From: Raillietiella orientalis
Taxonomy: Eukaryota
Direction: 5' to 3'
Assembly: GCA_036172245.1 (NCBI GenBank)
Contig: JAYWIR010000030.1
Coordinates: 2,604,001 to 2,668,000 of the forward strand
DNA: 64,000 bases
The notes under the pieces are model-generated. The model had not been told where the DNA came from. It worked only from the letters and a program-made list of their open reading frames with translations, and made no database searches. The position numbers and the translations under genes are program-made. Below, one piece after another: positions 23,901-36,947 of the stretch (its first letter is position 1; each line of letters opens with the position of its first letter).

Positions 23901-26900
23901 ATCAAGGAATCCGATAGAAAACGAAGTGATTGAAGAACTGAAGACCCTCACAGGACGGTAGGAGCACATCAAAAAAGACATGTTGTTTTCGAACATCCAG
24001 CACTCCGGGCACGTACACTGGGAGCACAGTCAAAGCACCTCATGTGATGAAGTGAATCACAGCTCCGTCAAAAGTGGGCGGCGGAGGATACAGCCTTACT
24101 GCAAGGATTTTCCAAGTGTTCCGACGTTTGCACCTACTTTCCGTTGTAAGAGCATCGTTCCTATCGCGATCCTTTCATTGAAAGCTTCTTCCACAGTCTT
24201 CTTCATGCTGAAGATTCCTTCCAAATGTTCCGATAGCTGCTTTGTTTGTAGCAGGTAATACCAGAAATGTCTTTCAACGAGCAGTACCATCAGTGGAAAG
24301 AACGTGAGTCCTGATGGCATTTTCTCCCTCGATGAACGTCTCTTGAGTCGTCGATGTCTCTTCCATGAAGGCAGCAGTGTCGCCCCATGAGGATCATCTG
24401 ATGCATCTGAATAGGGCATGTGTATTGTACATATTGTGAAAATTCGATATCGAACCCGAGAAAACAGTCGAAGGTAAGCTAATCCAACGACTCTGCTCAA
24501 GATTTTTGTAGACAAGAGTGGTGCGTCAAGTCCCAGCATGCACGCATCGTAAGAGCGAGTTTATAATGCAGTAAGACGAGAAAATGGAGCTAAACCTGTC
24601 GGTGAACCCGCTGCTGGGCTAACATCTGCCTTGTGCCCCTTTCACGCGTTTAAAATGACATGCCCCGCTTAGGAAACGCCATTTGCGCTCCCGTCATGCC
24701 CAAAACTCGAAAGCTGGAAGCAACTGTAAATAGATGAATAGAGCTCGTCTCTCTCCAGAGGACTTCTCTGGACATCGGAAAATGGAGAAAATGCAGTCTT
24801 GTTGGCAGTTGACACAGACCTTGAGTGGCACACGTTTGCAGGAGTGAATCTGAGCAATTCATCCGTAGGGAATGTCGGAATCGCTTCACCTTGGACAGAG
24901 GCACTATACTAGGCACTCGAACCGTCGAAAATGTCCTTCGGAATTTGTTCCTTCTGAGGGATGAGCGTTTTACACGCCTGAAGCAGTCGCTCCCATGATG
25001 TACCCGTTTGAATCACAACAAAATGACCACATGGGTATAAACATTCCAATAATTGGTGTTGAAGTGCATTAATGATCTGTTAAATGCATTTCTTCAAGTG
25101 TCAGTTCTTTCCAATGAAGTCTTCCGTGCACGTGAATGCGCGTCTGCCTAGAGCCACATCTGATGAACGTGTCCTTTGCTGACACATGAAAGGTGCTTGC
25201 AGCAGCCACGTACAATTCGCGTGAAGATGGACAACAGAGAGTGCTCCAATTATTTTTGTCTTATGAAACCAATGTACATCAGTACGCATGGAGAGGCAGA
25301 CTGCTTTTACGAAAACTCCCTACCTATATTTTGATGTTTTCAAAAAGAAAATTCATAGTCAACTGCAAAGTACAGAATTCGCATCCTGCTCTTGGTCTCT
25401 CAATTGCTAAAGTTTTTCAGCGATTTTAAAGAGGGGGAAAGAAAAAGAAGTGCATTATCTCCATGCCACTGGAGGAAGCATACTGGAAAATCTCCAAACG
25501 ACGGCATTTACAATTTCAATCCAGATCACACAAGAGCTTCCATTTGAACAGATTCTCCTTGTGCACTCGCAGCTTCCTTGATTTTTATTCTGAATCCTAA
25601 AGAACTGAAATACATTATTGGGTCAGCACACTAAGAGTATTCTGGATTTTTATGCCATCCAATTGATCGATGTTTTAATGGGCTCTTAACAGTTGTGCGA
25701 AATAGAGTTCTTGCCTCCGGCATTGGAAACTGCTTTGCATTGTCCAGAAAAACAAAACACATCTTGAACTACTTTTTAAACTACTGCACTGGATTTTGAA
25801 TCGAATTCCACCGTTTTGCTGCTGCACGATCTGCCAGTTTTGAAGAAATGCCTTGAATTTTTTGAGCTCAAGTCGAAGCTTTTTCTGGAACCTTCCATCC
25901 ATCCTCAAGTAAACTTGCTGACAATATGATAAACATTGGGTTTCCCAGGGCACACATCGCTCATCATCTCGTGTGCTTGGTAGTTATTATGCCCGCTTTT
26001 TGCTATTCTAGACCTGGAGGATCACGGGTTGGATCTCTCTCCTCTTCAGCTGAGAAGAACTGGTTTCTGGGTTTTTTTTTGGTTTCGCGTTTTTTTTCTC
26101 ATGTTTTCGAGCAGAAGATCCTGACAAAAGGAGGATCAAGAATCCGGGATAGCCATGGTAAACACCAGAAGACCACATATGATTGCAACTTTAAAGACAA
26201 TGTCGATCGGATGTTAGAAGTACAATTTAGGAGCTGAAGATGCGGCCTCGCTATGGGGTCAGCATTGGAGCACAGGCGTGCGACTCATCTGGAAAACTTC
26301 CAGGTTCAGATGGCCACAACAAATCGACGGAACATCCCTGTTCGCTGCTGTCACTGGTAAGAACTGAATATTTCCGTGCAATCGCATTCGTCGCATGAAA
26401 ACGGCTGCAACGATCCGACAGACACATTCAAAAATTCGTTTCATTTTTCCTAACAAGCACTTCGAAATTCATGTCTTCGTTATGTGAGGGCTCGATTTAA
26501 TCGATGGATTGTCCGCTTCGCGTGTTATCATCAATGAAATCTGTCTGAACTTCTGTGCCTGAGATTAGCGATTGCTATCAGCTCCATTAGTGTACTAATT
26601 TTGGAATCTGCTAGAAAGGTAAGAACCAACGACGAGAGAACGATGTTTATTTTATCTTTCTTGGTCCTTGAAAGATTAGGTTGAGATCAACAGTTCCTCT
26701 AGAAAATTCCGGACATTTCGGTAGACCCAACATTAACTTCCAGGAATGTATAATTCTTGTTCCCCATCCTAATTAGGGGGAAACAGGCCGTGCATCCAAA
26801 GCAGCCTTCCCTTTTTTTTGCAAATTCCCAATTTCTTTCTCTCTTCCAGTTTTCTTCGGTTTCAGTCTTCGAGAATCCGGGAACACAATGGAGGCGCATC

Positions 26901-27926
26901 TTTGGAAAAATCTTTAGAACAAAAAAATAAATATCCAATGACAACGCGAGTGCAGCTCACAGAAAAAAATCGATCGAGTATTCGTGAAAGAGAACGTCAT
27001 CACTTCGAGGTCTTCATTTCATCTGCTGCTGTAAGTGATCGCTTCAGTTTCCTTCTCCGCCTCCTAGGGAGTGTCAGACCCCCCAGGAGACGTGTCGCCA
27101 TTTATTGAGTGCTGCTGAGCATGCAGAAAATGCTAAGCCTGTGAGTGCTGGAGACTGAGACCCATCTCAAGTCTTCGCATTTCGTTACCGTCCAAGCACT
27201 CCCATTTCATCCCGTTCCATCCCGTGCCGGATTTTTCCGCCTCAAAGGGGGACAGGTGCGAGCACGAAAACTTCCGTCAAGAGAGCATTCGCGGTCTCCG
27301 GAGGAAGAAACGGAGAACTTGAAGCATACTCTCGCGCACCTTTCAAATTCATATCACTAACGGTAATGCAATTGTGTCCATTCTCCCTTGAGTCTTCTTG
27401 GTAGATGCAAGTCATCTTCTGCCCCTTCAAGTACAAGAACAATTCTCAGCTTACGACCTTGTGAGCTGCACACCCTAATGTTCTTTGATCCCGTACTCCG
27501 TGAAATGCCATTCTCTGGTAGGATTTATAAGTGAGGAATCTTCAGGTAAACGGGCGTGTCACGGTAGATCCACAAACCTCGTTACCTAAGCATGGTGGTC
27601 AGCAACGTCAGCTCGATGATATCACACCAATTATCTGTGAATAATTTCCGTGATTAACCTACTTAACCAGTAAGCGAAACAGCTAGAGGAATTACATAGA
27701 AGGAGCACCCATCTTGTGAGGATATTCTGGGACAATACACAATGCCAGATCAAAACATTATTACTATTGCCGCGTATCCCAACTCCCACAAATAACTCAG
27801 TTTTCTTGGGAATCAATTTTCACGCTGCTAAAAGCGCGAAGAAAGTTTCCTGGGAGAGAAAGTCCCATATCCGGTAGAGGAGAAATGCCACCTGAGGAGT
27901 CCTTTTCCGGAAAAAGCGCGTGAAGC

Positions 27927-27986
27927 AGCAAGAAATTTCTACTAGCTTTCGACGAACTCATGTGGACACCTGAGAAATTTCTTGCT
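27927..27986. repeat. Perfect 14-bp inverted repeat with 32-nt spacer
   Basis: agcaagaaatttct (27927-27940) and agaaatttcttgct (27973-27986). Confidence 0.85.
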
Positions 27987-28968
27987 TCTCATGACAGGCT
28001 GCAGAAACAGAACGGAAAGAACATTTGTTTGAATTCTGCAAAAAAAAAACGAAAACATCTGAGATGCAAACAAAGAGCTGCTTCGATCTGACCTGTTGTA
28101 AGGGGCAACTCTTTAGAAGTTTTCACTCCTGTGACAAGTAAAAGCAGCCTTATTCCACCCTCTTTCAACCAATGATTCGCCTTTTGCTCACTTCCACTAT
28201 ACCTGGATGCTCAGGTAGCTGCTCCTAGCCTACTCTATCAACACATACTAATTTGTATTCATCATGTCTGCATGCTGCATGACAACTACGACCCGAGTCC
28301 AACCATCCATGCCATGACGTATCTGTGATTTGTTGCTGCTCAACAGCCCCATGTAGACGCGGAGACGGTGACTTTGAAGAGAGTCGAATGTCCTGACAGA
28401 ACACGCGACATCGCATTGGCAGTGCCTTTTGTTCGAATGCCTCTTTGCCTCCTTTACGCTTCCCTGCTTGCTACTACATCAGTGCAGATTAAACTCCATC
28501 TTGTCCAAAGTTTGCTTTCGAAATCCCATTAGCTCACGGACTCCTCAGAACCCCATAAACGAATCTGTGCCTCTTAAATCATTGTCTCTTGAAGAAACAA
28601 CCAAGAGCATTCGAATGGAAATATGCATTTCTGCAGGGAATGTTTTCAAACAGCGTGGTCCACTATACACCGCAGTACTCACAAGTCCACGCTCGCCAAA
28701 TCACAGAGAAGGTCCTCAACTGAAAGGACGCTTGGATGCTGTGGACTCTTACTGAATTGCAGAGGAAGTAAGGAAAGTGCGGTCATCTTGGACAACATGC
28801 GAAAGCGCCAGGGGAAGAAGGATGAGGAATGAGGCGATCCGAAGGCGTAACATCGTGTTCGACGCGCCGGACTCCGGAAAAGGGGGAAAGGAAGAGCCGA
28901 AAAAGACGAACCAGTGCAATTCAAGTGGACATATGCCGCTTGATGCAGATTTTTACCTCTTTCTTCAG

Positions 28969-29410
28969 CACTCTTCCACGAATACCTTCAAGTGAGCACG
29001 GTTGCATCAGAAACTTAGAGAAGTCCAGCTGTCCAAGCCTCAACAAGATGTCCCAGGCAGCTGCAGAACAAAAACTCGGATTCTTTTACAGCAGCCTGCA
29101 AGCTCTAAGCCAGAGCTTTACGGCGCTGCTGAACGTACGCGAACTCTTTCTGTCCGGACAGTGCAGCAACGCCAAGAGAGAGCCGCCATGCAGTACACGT
29201 ACTGCGCAACTGGCGATGTGCGCCCTGCGGCCTTTTGTGGAGCGTCATGCTTCTACTCAGGATCATTCTTCCTCTCTAAAGCGGACTCTTCCGAGGGAAT
29301 CCGGGGAAAATGTTCTCCAAAAACCTCTGACTTTTTGTTCCCGGTTCACCGGCCGACAAGAAAGTCAAGTTTGTCTCGAGAGCCGCTTAACCCTCTATGC
29401 AGACAGCTGA
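28969..29410 (+). CDS. Candidate coding exon (about 146 aa), helical and Cys-containing, unknown product
   Basis: A clear polypyrimidine acceptor ttttacctctttcttcag| lies inside a 193-codon open frame. It contains the amphipathic segments AAAEQKLGFFYSSLQALSQSFTALLNVRELFL and TAQLAMCALRPFV. Confidence 0.35.
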
Positions 29411-31027
29411 AAGTCAGTGCCATCCCCGATTGTTCTCCAGAAGTCCCGGACACATCTTTTTATTAGAATCCGGGGTAGATCTTTACAAGGATATCCAGAG
29501 GTGCGAGTGGCATTTCAGCTTGCATAGTAGGGAGGTGGGTTGATGCTTCCTCCGCGTGGAGCGCTCGTTGCTCAAAACCCCTCATTTTCTCAGTTCCTCG
29601 ACATCTACGCTGACGATTTCTATTCTAGAACACGCCCAAACTTCCGCAGTATCTCTGCCGATCACCTTGTCACTTCGACTCACCCCTTTTGGAGTTATTG
29701 ATGTCCCCTCCAGTCCTGGAAATTCGGGGATTGCCCCGCGAGCAAAGGAGCTGGTCGTTTGCTATCTATCCCCATGTACGCCTTCGTGTTTCCGCATCAG
29801 ACAGCGATGACGCTGATATTTCTCATCAGGGCTGCCCGCGGAAGTTCTAGGCGCTTTGCTGACTCATCTAAGTGCAATACTTCGGGCGCAGGGGATTCCC
29901 GTACTCTCCTTGGAGGAAGACTCCGGACTCTCAACTCGGGTTTCCGGATCGTCTGATGGTCTGGTGATTTCCTTTCAGACACCACCTTGCCTTTCCAGAA
30001 CTTAGGGGAGGAAGGGAGACCGGTGAGAAGAGAGGACAGCAGTCAGCAGGAGGAGTCGTTCCAGCTTCGTTGGCTCTCTTAATTTTCTGTGAGGAGGAGA
30101 AAGCCTAGAGTTCCCTCCCAGCCTCCTCCGAAATGGTCTTCCCAGAAGAGATTTTTTTGAAGGAGGCGGCAACGCCGAACCACGCTTACGGAAGGAAGCT
30201 TTCGGGAGCTGCCATCCCGTGCTCCTTTGCTTTTGATACAATAAGGAGCTGTGCTGTTTGAGACAGGCAACTTGAGCTCTAAGAGAGCACCGTAAGAGAG
30301 CGTCCGCGTCCTCAGGATTCCCTTTCTCCAAAAACTGGACATCCGTTCGTCCCCGGATGAGTGAGGCTCCGGGCTGATTGGTCTGGGAACACACGCGTTC
30401 TCAAAGGTTCCTAAGCCTCTGCGATCGACAGCGCCGTGAAGAGGGAAGAGTAACTGCTCTTGGTCAGGCCATCTCCGCGGCGGCGATGAAGACAGAAGCG
30501 TCCCCTCCTAGATTGCAGGCGACCCAGTTGAGCCCCACGCGACCTCGACTGTCTCTTGAGCCGAGGTTTGACTTCTGCGTCTTCAAGCAGGGGAAGAGGA
30601 AGGCAAACAAGCTCCCCAGGTTGTTTGCCGCCCTACCTGAGGAGTAACGTCAAGGACGAACTCAGTTTGTCCTCCTTCGATCCTCCATTTCACCATGCCG
30701 ACGTAGACAGAAGGCGGAAGCACAGAGCGTGGCTCTTCGGGGGCGCATGCATCTGCGTATTTTGTGCTCCATCCAATCGTGACACGAAGACATGAATGAA
30801 GCACATCCGTCCACTTGCACCTCTCCTCTAGATCAGTGGGCCTCTCGCAAGGGATAGGAGCGGAGGAGAAGGAGCAGGAAAAGGGACCACTGTAGAAAAA
30901 AAGCTAAGAACGGCGACGACTGCCTCCCTTCGTGAAGGAGAAGGAAACCATATACAAGGACACAACTCCCTCTTTGTCTCCAAGAGAACGCCCTCATTCT
31001 TGTTCCTGTCTTCACAGTGATTTGCAG

Positions 31028-32072
31028 TGTTGCGGGTTCGTCTGAAGGACAGGTCTTCGTGATCGAAGGGCAAGATGGCCAAAGCATTCGCATGCGAAAT
31101 TGCACGGCCTCCACGAAGAAACGGGAAATTCCCTTGATCCATGCGTCAGTAGATGACTACAAAATCTGCAGAGGTGGCACTCAGCTGGGAGCTGAGTTGC
31201 ACTGTGGCTTCTTCCTTCCTCCGGGCACTTGTTCATGCTGTTTCCATTCTTTGAGGCACTTCCTGCCTTTCCTGGGCCTCGCTTGACTCCAGTTTCTCCT
31301 GCTGCGGCCTGCTTGCTCCTCCTTCCTCTTCTTTCTGCAGTAAAACCTTCGAAGGGACGCCCATGTATCTCGTTCTATACCACAGAGTTCTATGGCAGAG
31401 TAGCTACAGGACTTTCGGCTAAGGAAGTATTCGCCTTCGAGACTTCTGTGGAGATCCTCCTGAACGGCGCCGTCGAAGACTCGCAATTCATTTCATGGTG
31501 CCCTTCGTGACCTATCTCTAGAATAGGTGGCCTACAGCGTCCTTTTCTAAGGATGAAAGGTCAGCATTTGTGAAATGCTTGACTCCAGAAACAAGGAAAG
31601 CACCTGCTTTCCTTGTTTCTGTTGATTGCACCCGCTCTCTCAAGAGGAGGTTCTTCATGACGGTCGAACAAACGGCAAGTACCTCGCAGCCATGGGAACA
31701 GAAACGTGCGATGGATCTTCTTTTTCTGCAGACTCACATGGAAATGCATAAGGTGATAGAATGCTGAGGGAACCCAAATAACGGAGGGAAGAAGAGATGA
31801 ACCGATGAAAAAGGCTGTTCGCTAACCCCAGAGATATAGGGAGAGGAGAATGGGAAGAGGTGAAAACGACGAGCTGCGGATAGCTAGCTGCCCCTCTTTT
31901 GTTTTCTTTTTTTCAGAGCTACAGTGTTCTTAAGATTCTCTTCGGATATGCAGGTCCCGCAATTCAGCTCACAGGCCTCAAGGGATCGCGGGAGATCCGA
32001 CTTCCGAGAGCCGCAATCGGGGTCCTCATCTATGGCGAGCGAGTCTCTCCTTTTGCCAGCTCCCTGGAGTGA
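31028..32072 (+). CDS. Candidate multi-exon gene (31028-31173, 31341-31497, possibly about 31552-31752, 31917-32072), unknown product
   Basis: Strong acceptors (tttgcag, cttctttctgcag, ttttctttttttcag). The first two exons join in phase (...DDYKICR V KPSKGRPCISFYTTEFYGR...). The last exon reads SYSVLKILFGYAGPAIQLTGLKGSREIRLPRAAIGVLIYGERVSPFASSLE*. The middle junction is unresolved. Confidence 0.35.
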
Positions 32073-33908
32073 TCATCGGAGCGGTCCAGCTATGAGGTAT
32101 GGTGTAAACTCCAGTCTCGTGTGTCTTTCTTATGGGCAAGCGCGACTACGTTGATGACTGGTACGGCCCCCTGGGACGCGAGGTTGCTGACTAAACGTCT
32201 CCTGGGAGCCTTTTGGGGCGCGCTCTGCACTGAGGATGGATGGGCTCGCTAGGGGAAGCCTACTCAGGTGTATTGCGCCACTCGGAAGGCAAAGTGGACA
32301 TCGAAGGAACACTTCGTCGCCAAGACGAATCAATGCCTCCTGAAAATCAAATCGTTTCGTACCGTGGGATCCGGAAATGTCCTGTAGGTTTCGCCTGCTA
32401 CCCGCCTGGTCCCTGAGGTTACTTGCTTTCCCATTCTGCATTCACAGGGTGGGTCTGCTCGGCACACCACACGATCCTCCAGGACATCGAAACATAAAGC
32501 TGCCACAGAGCTTTAAGAATCGAAGCACGGAGTCGCTGCTGGCAAATTGGACTGACAAGAGTTGAACTCTTCGCTCAAGCAGATCTCACAGATCGATTCA
32601 GCTTCCGCGATTGCACTCTGTATGCTCGTGAAAACTTCCAAGTCTGTGCACCCTGTCCTCTGTACAGAACGTTTCCTTCTTCAACTTGCTTTCACGTCTT
32701 GCTCCCATCTGATTCTTCCTCTACTGATCATTGTAGAATGATGCTGTGATCCTCCTCACTCTTGATGCTTTTTTCCACGTTGCTGCTTTCCATCTTTGCC
32801 TTCATTCCTGCCTATCTTTCCCCCCCCTGGCAACATGCTCCATCACGAATCATACGATCGGGAGGCAGCCAAACTCACGTCTGCCTGAGGCTGAGACTCT
32901 CGCTACTTGAGATCTGTCCTGAATTCGCACTTCCGTCAACCTCTCCTGAAGTGAGCCACCCTCCGACTCAGCAAAGAGGTTTCTGGCGGGTGACCCTATC
33001 CGATCAAGAGAAAGAAGGAAGGACACTTGACCGTGGAGGTCTGCAGACTGAGCCGAGCGCAACTCCTGAGTGGATGCCAAATGAATGCAGCAAGATTAAT
33101 GAGCTGAAGGAAAGGGAAGGTACTTCGGATTCTCTGAGATGGAACGCTCTTCCGTGTCCTCCAGCAAGGAACACGAGCGGCACGGATGATGCAGGCGGAA
33201 ATGACTAGCAAGTCGACTTTTCCAAAAAATATTCACAGGGAAGCTGCCCGTACACGGTGCTCTGTTTGACGCAAAACAACTCCCCGCCTCTGCTCCGGGA
33301 GCAGCTCTCTTTCTGCAGAGAGCATTGATCCGGTCTCACATCACCCTTTGACCCAGACGATCCCGGATTTTTGAAGCGTCACGCTGGCCACGTTCGCCTT
33401 GCAAAGCTCGGTTGTTGCCGGCAGTCGGATCGAAATGTCGCAGCTGCCAGCTGCAGGGACGTGCCTGACCCACTCGTGGCCATTCTACTGCATCCTTTCT
33501 CACATTTGGGCTTCACACTGGAGTTCCGCATCCTCTTACATTCAGCTCGCCACTTGAGGAACTCTCAGGGGTCAAACCATTCTTCCGGCATTTCATTCCA
33601 TGATCACGGGAATCGCTGGTCCCTTCCTGCTCTTCACTTCTCTCCAGAGGTCGCCCAGATCCTGGAATGAGTACGCGCCCCACGCTCTGGTTACTGAGAG
33701 AAAGCAGACCCGCGCCCCTTTGCGAGGCAGACGCTTCAAGCGACTCAGCCACGTGTCTTCGGTCTTTTTCGCTAGCGCAGAGCACCCAAGTGAGAACCAG
33801 GTTTGCAGGAGTTTGTAGGCGCTGCAGGTCCAAGCCTGTAGGTGGCCTACAGGAACACCTCGCATTCAAGGTAGCAGCATTCTCTCTTCGCGAGGGCGCA
33901 CGGATCTC

Positions 33909-33936
33909 ATCCAAATAACAAATCCAAATAACAAAT
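33909..33936. repeat. 13-bp direct tandem duplication
   Basis: atccaaataacaa x2 plus 'at'. Confidence 0.85.
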
Positions 33937-36900
33937 TCGCCAGAACTGAAGCCGTCATCGAAGAAGCGGAAGGGAGGTGATCTAATGGTTCCCAAAGATA
34001 AGCATGATGGCCGCTCTCACGGAACGGAAACTGTGTGATCCAGGAAATGCAACAGAATCAGGTGGAGGAAGGCGACCTCAAGGAAAGCACTGAGATGGTA
34101 GTCTACCGGGCAAGTGAATTTCCTCTCGCATTGCTGGCAGAATTTAGATAAACATCCTAAATCTCTTTCCCGAAGACATGCTAAGCTCAGTTGGGTATGG
34201 AAGCAGAGAGAGGGACATCAATCTGAAGCAAATGCTTGACGCTCTGGAGGGCGGTGACGAAAAAGACGAAAAAGGCCCATCCGAGGAGTGGCAGAAGGCA
34301 GAAAGCAAAACATAACGGACACGGAAACTGCAAAGCGAGGGACGCTCAACAAATCCCCATTATCCAGCTACGAGCTTTTGGTTTTGGCAGCGATGACTAC
34401 AAGTGAGGTGCAAATTTTTTTTACCCGTCTCTCCCTACAAGAGCGGTGCGACTGATCCATGAGCTGCCTTCGCCTAGCCGTCATCTGCATTGCCTGATGA
34501 GAACGCTCCTTCTTCTATAAAGTGCACACGCAAGCGCATCCTCCTTGGGTCCATTGCTTCCTGAGAGGTCTCGTCTCCTAGAGAAGCTTGGAAGCTTCTC
34601 GTTGACTGTGGAGCTTTTAGCAGCGTTGTGACATTTTCGCGAGCGCTCTTAGCCGGGAAAACGGAAAGAACTCACGTGCTGCCAACCGGCTCAGAGGGAA
34701 AGCGGACAGCGCGCCAACGGACAGAGCTGTTCAGTCACACTGAATCTCACCGAACCAGACGAGATACCGCCTGACGTAACCAGTATGTGGAAGCAGCGTT
34801 TCGAGTAGCACGTCCTTCGTTGTCACGTGCAAAAGTTCCACAGGGGCACCTCCGTTCATCTCGGTGACTCGCAAGTATTTTCTCACCTGCGAGGATCATG
34901 TGCGTTTGGCGGTCCGTAAATTCGTGCGCGCCTCAAACCTTGACCTCCTGCCTAGTCGGGTACCAGCCAGAAAATAGTCGGAGTACCGAGTCTCGCCGTC
35001 GGTACCTCAAATGGACCGAAACTCTGTCGCAAACATCCTAAATGACTGTGTGCCACACTTTCAACTCTGCATAAGGAGACATGACGACGCTTTGACAGCC
35101 TGCATCAGCAAGACGACGCAAGCATGATCGAGCCAAATAGTGAAGCCACAGAACCTCTTCCTCGCAGACACCAACGAGGGCGCACCCTGAGTGATCCATG
35201 CCTGCGCATTTAAGTCCCAAGGTCCAAAGAACGGCAATGTTCTTCAAGAGCTGGAAGTGTGCGAACCAACTCCCTGGAGAATGATGGTGCCGTTGTCGAT
35301 GTACAACACGGCGCAAACAACCACCATCTTGGACTCCTTCCAAGAAATCAAACGCAGTCCTGGACACTCGAAACGCCAAAGGATGACACAGGTTTGGAAA
35401 ACATCGAAGACCTTCCAAGCAGGCTCGGTACGGTGGCAAAGAATCCATCACCGAAAACTCAAGACTGCAAGTTCCAGCCGCGGGGAAGACCAAAGTCCAA
35501 ACAGTGCAGACATCCCGCCACGGATCTCCTCCATCCTTGAGAACCGTCGTGTAACAGCTCTTCTTCAAGGAAGATGAAAAGGTAGAGGAAGCGGGAACTG
35601 TGCTTACAGAAGCTCTTTCTCGTTTGCGCTGAGCTGTGGAGCAGCCTTATGGTCTCCAAGACATTCATCAAGAACAGAAGAGTAACTCTTAGTGATTTCC
35701 GAGAACAGTCAGCTCCCCACAACTGAATCCATTTCCCAGAACCAGCGTGGTTCCCCCAAGGATCATGAGAGTTGTTTTCTCAAATGCCTGCTAATGACAG
35801 CAAGGCAGGTAGCGCTGTCCCAGTACCCAGTGCCCATCTTCGACGGTCCTCTTTTTCTTAAGCGCATTGTGTGTAAGTGATGATGGAAATCCTTCAGAGT
35901 TCTTCCATTTCCGGCTTTTTTTTTCCTTTTTTTTCCGGGTTTTCTTTGATTTGGTTCATCAAGTGATGAAGAACCGTTTGCCTCCTTGGGTGCGGTTCAC
36001 AAAGCTCTTTAACACTGTCAAAACCACCCTGGGGGGAGGGGCTGTTGCTCTTCAAATTATAAGGGATGGTCCCCTCCCGGGGTACCACAGGAAGACTCCA
36101 GAGGAAGGAGTCCGTTCCTCTTACGCTTGAGAGGGAGTCCGAAAGGGAACCTCTCCCTCATTCTCTGCGGAGAGACCCCGGAGCGGACGCTCCTGAAATA
36201 TCTTCTCCGAAAAAGAACCGCTCCTTGTTAGTCTTCTGAAGGAAGCCCCGAAGACACGCATCCAAATTTTCTCAGATGGGTGCTCTACAAAGGGAGCAGC
36301 GCGCTTCTTGTTCACTCTGGAGGGACAAGCCCCCGAAGGGGGTATCCACCAGCTCCATGCTACGGCTCCGTTTACATAACCGCAGATGAACCCCGAAGGG
36401 AACCAACTCGGTTATTCCTGGAGGGATCCCGGAGGGTCAACTTTCGGTCCCAGTCAGTCAACGGTGGTATTCGGTTTCCGGTTTTCACCAGTCTGCGCGC
36501 CTCTTCCTGCGCGACTCCCTCTCGCCGGCCGCATCCATAGCAGCCCTGTGCTGCCTACGCGGGATCGTGGCCGCATGGAACAACGCCAGAGGCCAGAACG
36601 ACAGGGACACCATCCATTTTGCTGTCCTCTACATGAGGACAGCGTCAAGATGGCCCCATCTGGGAACCATAAAACAGGAACTTGCCAGCATCCTTACAAA
36701 GATGCAGCGAGCGCCCTCCAACACGCAGTGATCCCTTCCCGAATCCTCCCCCCCCCCCCTCCCTTCATCCTTTTTGACTGCAGTTTTTTTGGTTTGTTTT
36801 TCTCTTTTTGTTTGTCTTCCCTTCCCTTGTGCTGCCGAGGAGCACCCTGCTGGCCTGCATGTCAGATCCCTGCAGATTCCTTTCCGTATCCATAAGTAAC

Positions 36901-36939
36901 GTGACAGGATCAAACGACCTGCGACATACATGTAGCTTT

Positions 36940-36947
36940 TATAAATA
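36940..36947 (+). promoter_or_regulatory. Possible TATA box
   Basis: TATAAATA sits in GC-rich context. About 210 nt downstream is CACCATG opening MRHHSPVWKLT, followed by a donor CAG|gtatgg. Confidence 0.25.
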
